Source: a virus
DNA: 64,000 nucleotides
Direction: 5' to 3' (one strand)
Virus record (IMG/VR): IMGVR_UViG_3300022934_000003
Shown: positions 55,515 to 63,580 of the stretch, piece after piece
Layout of the letters: each line of letters starts with the position of its first letter
How positions within the stretch are numbered: position 1 is the first letter of the stretch
Position numbers and translations under genes: made by a program
The notes under the pieces: model-generated
What the model was told of the DNA's origin: nothing
Seen by the model: only the letters and a program-made list of their open reading frames with translations
Databases searched by the model: none

Positions 55515-56784
55515 GTATAGACATCCCAGTAATTCTATAATTCCAACTTATATCTGTATAAGATGAAAATAGTTTTGCAACATCGTGCATATTATTTTTC
55601 TTCTTTTTATATTTATAGGACAAATAGTGCCATTGTTTTACCAAATCTGGATCTGAAAATAAACTAAACCAAGTATTATCATAATCTTGAGATTCTCCCC
55701 ACAAACGATAAGATGCTATTTCAGTTCTATAAAATGCAAGCATTTTTTCATAAGGATCTTTATCTATCCTATTCCATTTTTCAGTAAAATAGTTTAATAT
55801 AAAATGATATCCAGCATTTTTTTCTACGTTTGAAATAATAGTAGAAGGAGTATTTTGAAAATGACTACTAGTTGCATTAGTAAAAATATTTACTAGATCT
55901 TCTATTTTTGGGTTATTTGTAGATGCTAAATAATTATGAGAGTATTTTACGATATCACCTACAATATATCCTCCTCCTACTTCACCAGACATTGCTATAT
56001 CGCCTTTATCTTTTACTGCATGTCTTTTAACAGAAAATTGGCCGGCATGCCAATGTGTATCTTCGCACCAATAAGTATCTTTCGAAAAATGTCTAGTGTT
56101 ATTAACATTAAGATATTCTATATTCCATCCTATATTCTCGTAATCTTTAGCAGCATTAATATCAATTAAGTTTTTTACATTATCACTATGTACTTTTACT
56201 AAGCGCGGATTAAATCCAAAATGTTTTAAAGCCATTGCAAGAAAAGCAGAATCTTTACCACCGCTAAACGATACTACTGGATCGAGATTATGAATATGAG
56301 AAAATATTCTCTCTAAACATTTTAAAGTTTTATTAGGATCTGGTTCAGAGATAGAATCTTCATTTAATAAATCCATATAACGAGATTGCTTTGTATTAAT
56401 ACAATAATGTTCAGGCATTATTTGTTCAATCTCATTATAGCGAGTTAATTCACCAACAGTAAATTGTTTTATTATATTTTTTTGTTCATGCCAAAGTTTA
56501 CAATCAGTTAATTGATCTGTATCTTTTATTAGATCTCTAAGGTTATCACTAATTTTATTTTTTGTATAGTAAAGATTTGTAGTTGCATAATGATCTACAC
56601 AACCTATCCAATAATCGTTATCGATATAAACATATGCAAATTGACCACGTATATCTTTTGGTGGATCTCTATTTTCTAATTTGTTATAAAGATCTTCGTG
56701 TGAATAATTTGAGTATCCATATATCCATAATTTGTTTTTAAAACAAGTAAATTGTCTCTTTGGATTTTTATTGAGAAATATCAT
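55504..56784 (-). CDS. asparagine-synthetase-like PP-loop ATP pyrophosphatase lacking the N-terminal Cys
   Basis: IRGQFAYV...VDHYAT.NLYY, SFSGGKDS, SGEVG. Confidence 0.7.
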   Translation of the reverse strand: MIFLNKNPKRQFTCFKNKLWIYGYSNYSHEDLYNKLENRDPPKDIRGQFAYVYIDNDYWIGCVDHYATTNLYYTKNKISDNLRDLIKDTDQLTDCKLWHEQKNIIKQFTVGELTRYNEIEQIMPEHYCINTKQSRYMDLLNEDSISEPDPNKTLKCLERIFSHIHNLDPVVSFSGGKDSAFLAMALKHFGFNPRLVKVHSDNVKNLIDINAAKDYENIGWNIEYLNVNNTRHFSKDTYWCEDTHWHAGQFSVKRHAVKDKGDIAMSGEVGGGYIVGDIVKYSHNYLASTNNPKIEDLVNIFTNATSSHFQNTPSTIISNVEKNAGYHFILNYFTEKWNRIDKDPYEKMLAFYRTEIASYRLWGESQDYDNTWFSLFSDPDLVKQWHYLSYKYKKKKNNMHDVAKLFSSYTDISWNYRITGMSIRGT

Positions 56785-56903
56785 TCGTAATATTTACCAG
56801 ACTTTTTCAATTCTTTTTTCTTATCTTTTACAACACGCATACGAAAAAGCGGTGTTCGAACCGCTTGTTTAATTTTATTTTTTATTGATTTAGTCTTTTT
56901 CAT
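56781..56903 (-). CDS. 40-aa basic leader ORF (ArfA-like motif), missing from ORF track
   Basis: MKKTKSIKNKIKQAVRTPLFRMRVVKDKKKELKKSGKYYE; stop overlaps next ATG (ATGA). Confidence 0.6.
   Translation of the reverse strand: MKKTKSIKNKIKQAVRTPLFRMRVVKDKKKELKKSGKYYE
56844..56866 (-). terminator. intrinsic-terminator-like hairpin inside the leader ORF
   Basis: AAGCGGT-TCGAAC-ACCGC-TTTTT. Confidence 0.6.
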
Positions 56904-56908
56904 AGTTT

Positions 56909-56937
56909 ATTATATCATACAAAACAAGATATGTCAA
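56909..56937 (-). promoter_or_regulatory. sigma70-type promoter at the head of the 43.7-56.9 kb cluster
   Basis: tgtcaa 56932-56937, attata 56909-56914, 17-bp spacer. Confidence 0.85.
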
Positions 56938-58674
56938 CTATTTATCAAATACTAAGCTAAAATTTTTAGAAATAAGATGAACAATTGTTACATCTACCTC
57001 TCTCATTATTTGTTCGAACCTTCCTTTTGCAGTTTTAAAAGAAATGGAATTTGTATTAAATTCTGCTTTACTACCATAATATTGTTTAAAGTGGAAAGAT
57101 TCTGGTAATCTATAAATTAATACATCATTTTTTTGACATTTATATGAAAATATAGTTTCATTATCATAACCAAAAGAAGCTCTTATATTTTCTGGATAAA
57201 ATGAATATTCGTCTTCTTTAAGTTCCTTCATTGTTTTAATAATCTCATCTATATTACTAAAATAATCTAATTTATCCATACCATATCTTGATGCACAAAT
57301 AACACCTGTATTATATACATTATTATCTGGTTCTAAATTATCTTCATTTAATAGAGCATGAGCATTCCAATATTTTGCTTGTGGATTTCTAAAATCTTTT
57401 TGATAATGAGTAAAGTACGCCTGAGACTTATCATAAATGTGTAGTTTATGTTTATCATCATATTGACAACAAATAGCATAGTCTACTGGTACAGTATCAA
57501 ATATATCTCTGTGATTTCTAAACCAAACATCATAATCAATGTACATGACATAATCATACTCATAAGTAAGTTTATCAAGCAAATAAATTTTATATAAATT
57601 TATAGCATCATATTCTGATAAATCAGGAAATTTTTTTATAAAATTTTCGTATTTTTCATCCCTTGTAAATCTTAAATAAGTTGCATCAATTGCTTTTGCA
57701 TAATCTTTATGATTTTGAATTAATTCATTTTCATATTTTGCAAATTGTTCTTGTGCTATTTTACTTTTATTTTTTTCATTATCACGATAGCTTGGAGGAG
57801 CATCTAATTTATTATCGTCTATGTGAACATATAATGAAAAAATACATTTTGTTTTCTTATTAAAAAATGCATTGAATTGTTTATTAATATAATGTATACA
57901 ATGAGCATCAACTTTATCAGCAGGTCTATGATCATATATTTTATGCCATTTATCATCAAAAATTACATAAGGTATTTTATACTTTTCTAAAATATATGAA
58001 AAAATAGATTCATTATTTGCAAAATATAAATTTTCAAAAAATCGATTTAAATTTTCTTTTTTAATTTCTTGAATTTTTATAATGGCTTCTTTCATTCTTT
58101 CAATGAAATGAATTTTTTTAATATGCTCAGAGTTAGCTAGCATAATACCAGTATTAATTACATGATTATCTCCACCATCTAATAAATCTTTCGTAATATG
58201 GTATTTGAGAACAGGACTTCTTAAACCAACTTGATCTAAATTAAGAGCTTCTTTATTTTTAGAAACTATATCATAATCTTGATCTTTAATATGAATACCT
58301 TTTGATAAATCGTGCTCATCAAATATATTTAAATCTGTATTAAACACAACATCCATATCAACATACATAACTTCATCATATTCTTCAGCAAGTTGAGCAA
58401 ATAAATGGTGTTTATATAAATTTATTTTAGTAAACTCTAATTCAGTATCTACGTCAAATTCCTTCATTGTATTATGAAAGAATTTAAAATCTACATTAAT
58501 CTTTTTTGCATAGTCTTCTTTATTAGTTACTAATAAATCAAAATAATCTTTTGTAATTAATTCTTTAGCAACGCTAGCGTCTTTTTCAGCAGATAAATCT
58601 ATTTTACGCTTTCCTAAATATTTACGAGAATCAATTTTTATATCATCATATAATGTAAAAATAACTCTTTTCAT
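56938..58674 (-). CDS. tandem double GT-A glycosyltransferase
   Basis: YVDMDV..INTGI..NNESIFSY and YIDYDV..YNTGV..DNETIFSY. Confidence 0.7.
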   Translation of the reverse strand: MKRVIFTLYDDIKIDSRKYLGKRKIDLSAEKDASVAKELITKDYFDLLVTNKEDYAKKINVDFKFFHNTMKEFDVDTELEFTKINLYKHHLFAQLAEEYDEVMYVDMDVVFNTDLNIFDEHDLSKGIHIKDQDYDIVSKNKEALNLDQVGLRSPVLKYHITKDLLDGGDNHVINTGIMLANSEHIKKIHFIERMKEAIIKIQEIKKENLNRFFENLYFANNESIFSYILEKYKIPYVIFDDKWHKIYDHRPADKVDAHCIHYINKQFNAFFNKKTKCIFSLYVHIDDNKLDAPPSYRDNEKNKSKIAQEQFAKYENELIQNHKDYAKAIDATYLRFTRDEKYENFIKKFPDLSEYDAINLYKIYLLDKLTYEYDYVMYIDYDVWFRNHRDIFDTVPVDYAICCQYDDKHKLHIYDKSQAYFTHYQKDFRNPQAKYWNAHALLNEDNLEPDNNVYNTGVICASRYGMDKLDYFSNIDEIIKTMKELKEDEYSFYPENIRASFGYDNETIFSYKCQKNDVLIYRLPESFHFKQYYGSKAEFNTNSISFKTAKGRFEQIMREVDVTIVHLISKNFSLVFDK

Positions 58675-59366
58675 CTACCAATTACCATATATCTATTACA
58701 ATTTTCAAGTTCTTTTTCATTTGAATAAAATACATCTATTAAGTTAAATGATTTTATAAACTCTTCAAGAGAATTGTGTGTATTAATATGACTTTGTACA
58801 TCATGATAATTATTACCTTGAAAACATATAATTGTATCTTTTCTTTTTAATGCTAATATTAAATTAAGATCATCTTGTTCCATATGTTCGCAACTTGTAT
58901 TAATAATTACATCAAAGCTTTTAATAGTATCAAACAAATAATCTTCAGCATTATTATGAATGAATTTAGTATTTTCTGATATTAAACCTTTTTGTAATAC
59001 TTCTCCAATTTTTGGAGATTCTGGATCTGAATCAATATTTCTTATTTCTACATTATCGCTTAAGTGTTGATTGAGCATTGCACTAATAAGTCCATACCAA
59101 GAACCTACTATACATATACGTTTAGGATTATCTATAAAAGGTAATAAAGTTTCAACGAGCCACTCTTTACTTTCAATTTGACTTTCTTTAACTGAATTAA
59201 TAATATCAATTGAACGATATAAATCTATATCTGTTTCATATTTAGATAATTCATATAATTCTTTTACTGCTTCTAATGCATTTTTATATAGTTTTTCTTT
59301 ATACGACATATTCAATACCATTATACATATCAATTGGTGTAGGAGCTCCATAAGGATTTGCAACAC
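58671..59366 (-). CDS. SAM methyltransferase-like protein (likely start MSYKE)
   Basis: QIESKEWL, IVGSWYG, INTSCEHM, QGNNY..HIN. Confidence 0.7.
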   Translation of the reverse strand: MLQILMELLHQLICIMVLNMSYKEKLYKNALEAVKELYELSKYETDIDLYRSIDIINSVKESQIESKEWLVETLLPFIDNPKRICIVGSWYGLISAMLNQHLSDNVEIRNIDSDPESPKIGEVLQKGLISENTKFIHNNAEDYLFDTIKSFDVIINTSCEHMEQDDLNLILALKRKDTIICFQGNNYHDVQSHINTHNSLEEFIKSFNLIDVFYSNEKELENCNRYMVIGR

Positions 59367-59898
59367 TGTTTACTATACCATTTTCAAATTTATTTAATTT
59401 AAATTTTTCATGTACTAAAAATCTATCTATGCCTTTATATTTGCGCATAAAATAATCTCTATTCGTCATAAAGTGTTCCCAAATATGATTTTGCTCACCC
59501 GCAATCCAAGTAATTACTGAACTATTTATTTTAACATCATAAGCATGTTTAGCAAACTCTAAATCTTCTTTCCAATAAGCATTAAGTATTGTTAATCCAT
59601 CCCAAGTAATAAATTGAGAAGGATCTTCTTTAATATCCATATCTAAATCAAAGAATAAGCATTTACCTCTTAATGGAAAGTCTTTACTAAATAATGCTAA
59701 TTTATTCCACCAATATTTTAATGACGGTTTTTTATATACTCCAATACAATTAATTTTAACACCCTTAATATCATCTGTATAACAATAATAATTTGCTTCT
59801 GGATAATATTGTATTAATTGCTCATGTAATTTATTTACATGATTTGCTGTATACTTTTTTCCATGTTTAACAAATATAATATTAATTTGTGGTGACAT
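59299..59898 (-). CDS. GT-A glycosyltransferase-like protein
   Basis: KHGKKY, CYTDD, WWNKLALF, FFDLD, INSSV. Confidence 0.7.
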   Translation of the reverse strand: MSPQINIIFVKHGKKYTANHVNKLHEQLIQYYPEANYYCYTDDIKGVKINCIGVYKKPSLKYWWNKLALFSKDFPLRGKCLFFDLDMDIKEDPSQFITWDGLTILNAYWKEDLEFAKHAYDVKINSSVITWIAGEQNHIWEHFMTNRDYFMRKYKGIDRFLVHEKFKLNKFENGIVNSVANPYGAPTPIDMYNGIEYVV

Positions 59899-60961
59899 TT
59901 ATTTCTTCTCTTAACTGATGTTCTTTTTTAGCACGGTTCGAACATTGTCTTTCACAGGGCCATAAAGGTTTTTCTGATTTAAAACTTTCTGGTAAAGTTT
60001 TAGTAAACCATTTTCCATCTACAATTTCTTTGAGAGTATGATTAAAAATATTATAATCTTCTTTATTATCTGTATAATCTTTCCAATGAGGAGAATTAAT
60101 CCAATCCGTATTATCTTTATAATTTGATTTAAAATATCCGTTGTCTATATAACAACAAGGTACTACTTGTCCAAGTGGATTTATAATAATATCATTTCTT
60201 GGTAAAGCCCAACGGCATTTTATTTGATTATCTAATACAAGTTGATTTGGTTTAGCACCTGGAATAAAAGGATTTGTTAAACAATCTCTATTTGCTGGCT
60301 CTAATACTTCTTTTTCGCCATTTTCATTTATAAAAGGATAATTACCATTTTCATCTATTTCACTTCTATCAAATCTATCTGAAATAACATTTGTATGAAA
60401 TTTTGAACCATTTTTAATACATAATTCTTTTATTTCATCTAAATAATCTTGATTGTGCTTAAATACGACAGTTTGAGTTTTTGCATTTGCATATGTAGAT
60501 GCAAATGTTTTCATATTATTTAATACTTTATTTAAATCTGTAAATCTACGATATTTAGAATGCATCTCTTGATTAATTCCATCAACATCAAATCTTACAT
60601 TTAGTCGTCGTCCTCCCATTATACCAAAATTCCACCACCATTCTTCATCTCTAATAGATCCATTTGTTTCTATTTGTACTGTTACAAACTTTGAACTGTT
60701 TAAAATATATTCTACTATTTCAAATATATCTTTCATCATAATAGAGTCTCCCCACGACCCTACAAATTTAAAATCCTTAACTTTTTTTACATCTTCTGGA
60801 GAGAAAGCTTTTTTGAAATCATCGAGAGACCATTGAACAAGAGGCAGCCATTCTTTTTTCTGCAAATTATTTTTAGAGTTTGTTCTATGACATTGAGGAC
60901 AACCCGCATTACAAAACGTACACAGGTCTAAAGTGACTTTTAAATTATCAGTATCCCACAT
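59882..60961 (-). CDS. radical SAM + SPASM/Twitch protein
   Basis: CNAGCPQC, ETNG, FDVDG, GQVVPCC, C-terminal CERQC. Confidence 0.88.
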   Translation of the reverse strand: MWDTDNLKVTLDLCTFCNAGCPQCHRTNSKNNLQKKEWLPLVQWSLDDFKKAFSPEDVKKVKDFKFVGSWGDSIMMKDIFEIVEYILNSSKFVTVQIETNGSIRDEEWWWNFGIMGGRRLNVRFDVDGINQEMHSKYRRFTDLNKVLNNMKTFASTYANAKTQTVVFKHNQDYLDEIKELCIKNGSKFHTNVISDRFDRSEIDENGNYPFINENGEKEVLEPANRDCLTNPFIPGAKPNQLVLDNQIKCRWALPRNDIIINPLGQVVPCCYIDNGYFKSNYKDNTDWINSPHWKDYTDNKEDYNIFNHTLKEIVDGKWFTKTLPESFKSEKPLWPCERQCSNRAKKEHQLREEINVTTN

Positions 60962-60976
60962 AATATAAAAATTTAA

Positions 60977-61477
60977 TTAATTGGTAATTAGAGACAGTGC
61001 TTCTACAACTGATTGAGCTTTACGAACTTTTCCTTTTAATTCTGCATCAGCATCTTTCATATAATCGCTTTCTAAAGCCCATAATTTAAATTTAAATAAG
61101 TAGTCTTTATCTACATTATTTTGTAATATACTTTCAAAAATATCATTGTCAGATGAAAGCATTCTCATCTTTTGCTCATGTATCGCATCTTTTTCATAAT
61201 TTTGATAAAGACCTTGCTCAATTAACTGTTTTGCTGCAGCAGCAACTTCTATATTGTGTGCTTCTGAATGCATTCTTTTATATTCTGCTGTTGAGTCTTG
61301 TAGTTTTTCTTCATCCCAACCTTCTTCAAGTAATGCTTTATAATTTAGATTATTTTCATCAACTTCCACATAAAAAGGAAGAAGAGTTTTTCCATCATCA
61401 GACCAATCTATTCTAATGTTTGTTTGATCCGGATTTATATAATATGCATTTATAATTTTACCACTAAATTCTGCCAT
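60977..61477 (-). CDS. hypothetical protein, possibly tail-associated
   Basis: ORF with AGGAG RBS. Confidence 0.6.
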   Translation of the reverse strand: MAEFSGKIINAYYINPDQTNIRIDWSDDGKTLLPFYVEVDENNLNYKALLEEGWDEEKLQDSTAEYKRMHSEAHNIEVAAAAKQLIEQGLYQNYEKDAIHEQKMRMLSSDNDIFESILQNNVDKDYLFKFKLWALESDYMKDADAELKGKVRKAQSVVEALSLITN

Positions 61478-61489
61478 TTTCTTCTCCTA

Positions 61490-61870
61490 TTACCATGCTT
61501 TACAACTCCAGTACCTGGCTTTATCTTTAGGTCCTGGATTATCACAATTATGTCTAGCTCTAAAAGATTTACGGCGAGCTGGAATATGCTTTTTAATTGA
61601 CATATTAGGATCACCAAATTCTACTTTTTTAGCCTTACCATCTCCATCAGGATCTACATAAACCTTTGATTTTTTAACATCACCCGCAGTAGGTTTATTA
61701 AGAGTTACTTCTCTGCCTTTATAAGTTGCTTCAGAAATCTTATGTTGACCACCGCAAGATTCACATGATTCATCACAACCACAAGTTCCGTCTTCTTTAA
61801 TTTTATTACCACAGCAAGAGCATTTATCTCCTACTTTGGCTTCCGTAATAAAGTGTATAAATGATTTCAT
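61490..61870 (-). CDS. DUF6321-like protein with capsid-targeting-like N-terminus and Cys-rich insert (start revised to 61870)
   Basis: MKSFIHFITEA; CSCCG..CGCDESCESCGG; KKVEFGDPNM..RRKSFRARHNC..YWSCKAW. Confidence 0.75.
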   Translation of the reverse strand: MKSFIHFITEAKVGDKCSCCGNKIKEDGTCGCDESCESCGGQHKISEATYKGREVTLNKPTAGDVKKSKVYVDPDGDGKAKKVEFGDPNMSIKKHIPARRKSFRARHNCDNPGPKDKARYWSCKAW

Positions 61871-61871
61871 G

Positions 61872-62861
61872 TTAATTTCCTTTTTTAATTCTAAGAGATT
61901 GAGATATTCCAACTTGTTGAGGTGTACCGTTTGGAAACTCTTGTGTTCTATAATCATCAGCATTTACAAATCTAGTCGTATAACCAGTACCTGTAGGCAC
62001 TCGTCTTGTATCTATCATACTTGTTCCAACTGTTAAACCTGAACCATTAATATTATATGATATTTTCTTAGTTGCGTTATTAGCTAATTCATAATTTATA
62101 AATGGAGCAAGCAAATCTCTCCAAGATTCTGGAGTATGTACTCGAAGTGTTTCATCTGTTGCATCAAAATATATAGGAAACTGATCTCCACCTGTTATCA
62201 CTGCATAAGAGGTTTCAGGATAATCTACCTTATGTAAATAATATGTATTAACTGTTAATGGTTGATATGTAGATTCAGGTATACCACCAGAAGTATATGC
62301 ACTAGTATCTGCAATAGTATCAGCAAAAAATGTTCCTACTTGTGTTGCATTTGCTGGTGCTGCTGCAGTACTTATAAAATAAGTTCCGCCTTGAGCTGTT
62401 CCTGTAGCTGAAGTTGTAAATTGATCTATTACTGGAGTAACAAATGTATCAATAAAATCTTGGCGAGTCATTGCTTGAATTTGATAGTTCTCTGTTGCAG
62501 TGTTTGCTAAATATACAGGAAATTGGAAATTATTAAGATCTCCAGTTGGTTGCGGATCAGACCATCTTACTTCTCTACATGAATTGTATACCGTAGAACT
62601 TTGAGAAATGTTTGGTGTTTCAGCTTCTGTTGCAAAACGATCTACTCTAGATGTTGAAGATCCTGCAATATAATATGTATCTGTTAAAGGAAAGCCAGAT
62701 AATAAATTTGGATCACTTCCATAATTACCTATTTGTAATTCAACAGATGGAAGTTGTGCGTGAACCCAACCAGCAAATTCATTTAAATCGTCTATTGCTT
62801 CTTGATCGGCTTGCACCATATTATTTGATCCATCAAATACAAAGGGGAATACTACTGCCAT
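61872..62861 (-). CDS. putative virion structural protein (tail-associated)
   Basis: Thr/Gly-rich; DDYRTQEFPNGT; downstream of late promoters. Confidence 0.6.
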   Translation of the reverse strand: MAVVFPFVFDGSNNMVQADQEAIDDLNEFAGWVHAQLPSVELQIGNYGSDPNLLSGFPLTDTYYIAGSSTSRVDRFATEAETPNISQSSTVYNSCREVRWSDPQPTGDLNNFQFPVYLANTATENYQIQAMTRQDFIDTFVTPVIDQFTTSATGTAQGGTYFISTAAAPANATQVGTFFADTIADTSAYTSGGIPESTYQPLTVNTYYLHKVDYPETSYAVITGGDQFPIYFDATDETLRVHTPESWRDLLAPFINYELANNATKKISYNINGSGLTVGTSMIDTRRVPTGTGYTTRFVNADDYRTQEFPNGTPQQVGISQSLRIKKGN

Positions 62862-62876
62862 GTTATATTCTCCAAG

Positions 62877-63059
62877 TTAATCTCTTGCGCAATAAAGAGT
62901 TCTAACTTCTGTACCTTGAGAATCAAATATTCTTAAAACATTACTTTGAAATTTAATTGCTGAGTTAATAGTATTTTTTGTGATTGTATCTGTATTTGCG
63001 ATATTTTGTAATTCATACGTATCGCTAATCATTGTGTTGCCTGCTACTTTAATTGCCAT
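62877..63059 (-). CDS. small putative virion protein
   Basis: MAIKVAG.T.I; LRIFDSQGTEVRTLY; AGGAGG RBS; late promoter. Confidence 0.6.
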   Translation of the reverse strand: MAIKVAGNTMISDTYELQNIANTDTITKNTINSAIKFQSNVLRIFDSQGTEVRTLYCARD

Positions 63060-63097
63060 CTTCGTCTCCTCCTGTAAAATTGACTATTAGCAAAATA

Positions 63098-63119
63098 TAT
63101 TTATACTTATTTATAAATA
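63098..63119. promoter_or_regulatory. divergent T4 late promoters, including the palindrome TATTTATAAATA
   Basis: TATAAATA on minus at 63098-63105 and 63108-63115; on plus at 63112-63119. Confidence 0.8.
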
Positions 63120-63169
63120 CTAATTGATATGAATTCTTTATTATGCTAAATTAATTAGGAGATTATAAA

Positions 63170-63532
63170 ATGGCAGATGAAGAAGTTAAAAAGGTTAAAA
63201 CAATTGATGCCTCGGTAATGGCTGATGCAGACTTAGATGGTGATGGACATATTTCTCAAGAGGAATATGAAATGCATCTTGAATTTAAACGTAAAGAATT
63301 AGAAGATGCTGATGCAATGAGAGATGCGCAAAGAACTATGGCATGGTTCGCTTTATTTGGTATGTTATTATATCCTTTTGCTGTTGTTCTTGCTACAATG
63401 TTAACATTAGATCAAGCTGCTAAGATTCTTGGTGATATGGCTGCTACATACTTTGTATCAGTTGCTGCTATTGTTGCTGCGTTCTTTGGTGGTCAAGCTA
63501 TGGTAGCCAAAAGCGGAAAAGAAAAGAAATAA
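63170..63532 (+). CDS. two-TM membrane protein with EF-hand-like loop (putative holin)
   Basis: DLDGDGHISQEE; two hydrophobic segments; basic C-tail; AGGAG RBS; late promoter. Confidence 0.6.
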   Translation: MADEEVKKVKTIDASVMADADLDGDGHISQEEYEMHLEFKRKELEDADAMRDAQRTMAWFALFGMLLYPFAVVLATMLTLDQAAKILGDMAATYFVSVAAIVAAFFGGQAMVAKSGKEKK

Positions 63533-63561
63533 AAAAGGGACCGGCTGGTCCCTTTCTTTTT
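63531..63561. terminator. bidirectional intrinsic terminator
   Basis: AAAAAAGGGACC-GGCT-GGTCCCTTTCTTTTT between convergent genes. Confidence 0.9.
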
Positions 63562-63580
63562 GAGTATTCTAATTGCTATA

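Noticed and set aside
55504-56903. Lasso-peptide cluster
   Set aside because: No B1/B2 peptidase or RRE gene, and the 40-aa ORF lacks leader/core features
2877-62905. Numerous plus-strand and nested minus-strand ORFs in the track (e.g. 25630..26163, 34149..34601, 4533..4730)
   Set aside because: Shadows of well-supported minus-strand genes; no RBS or motifs noted
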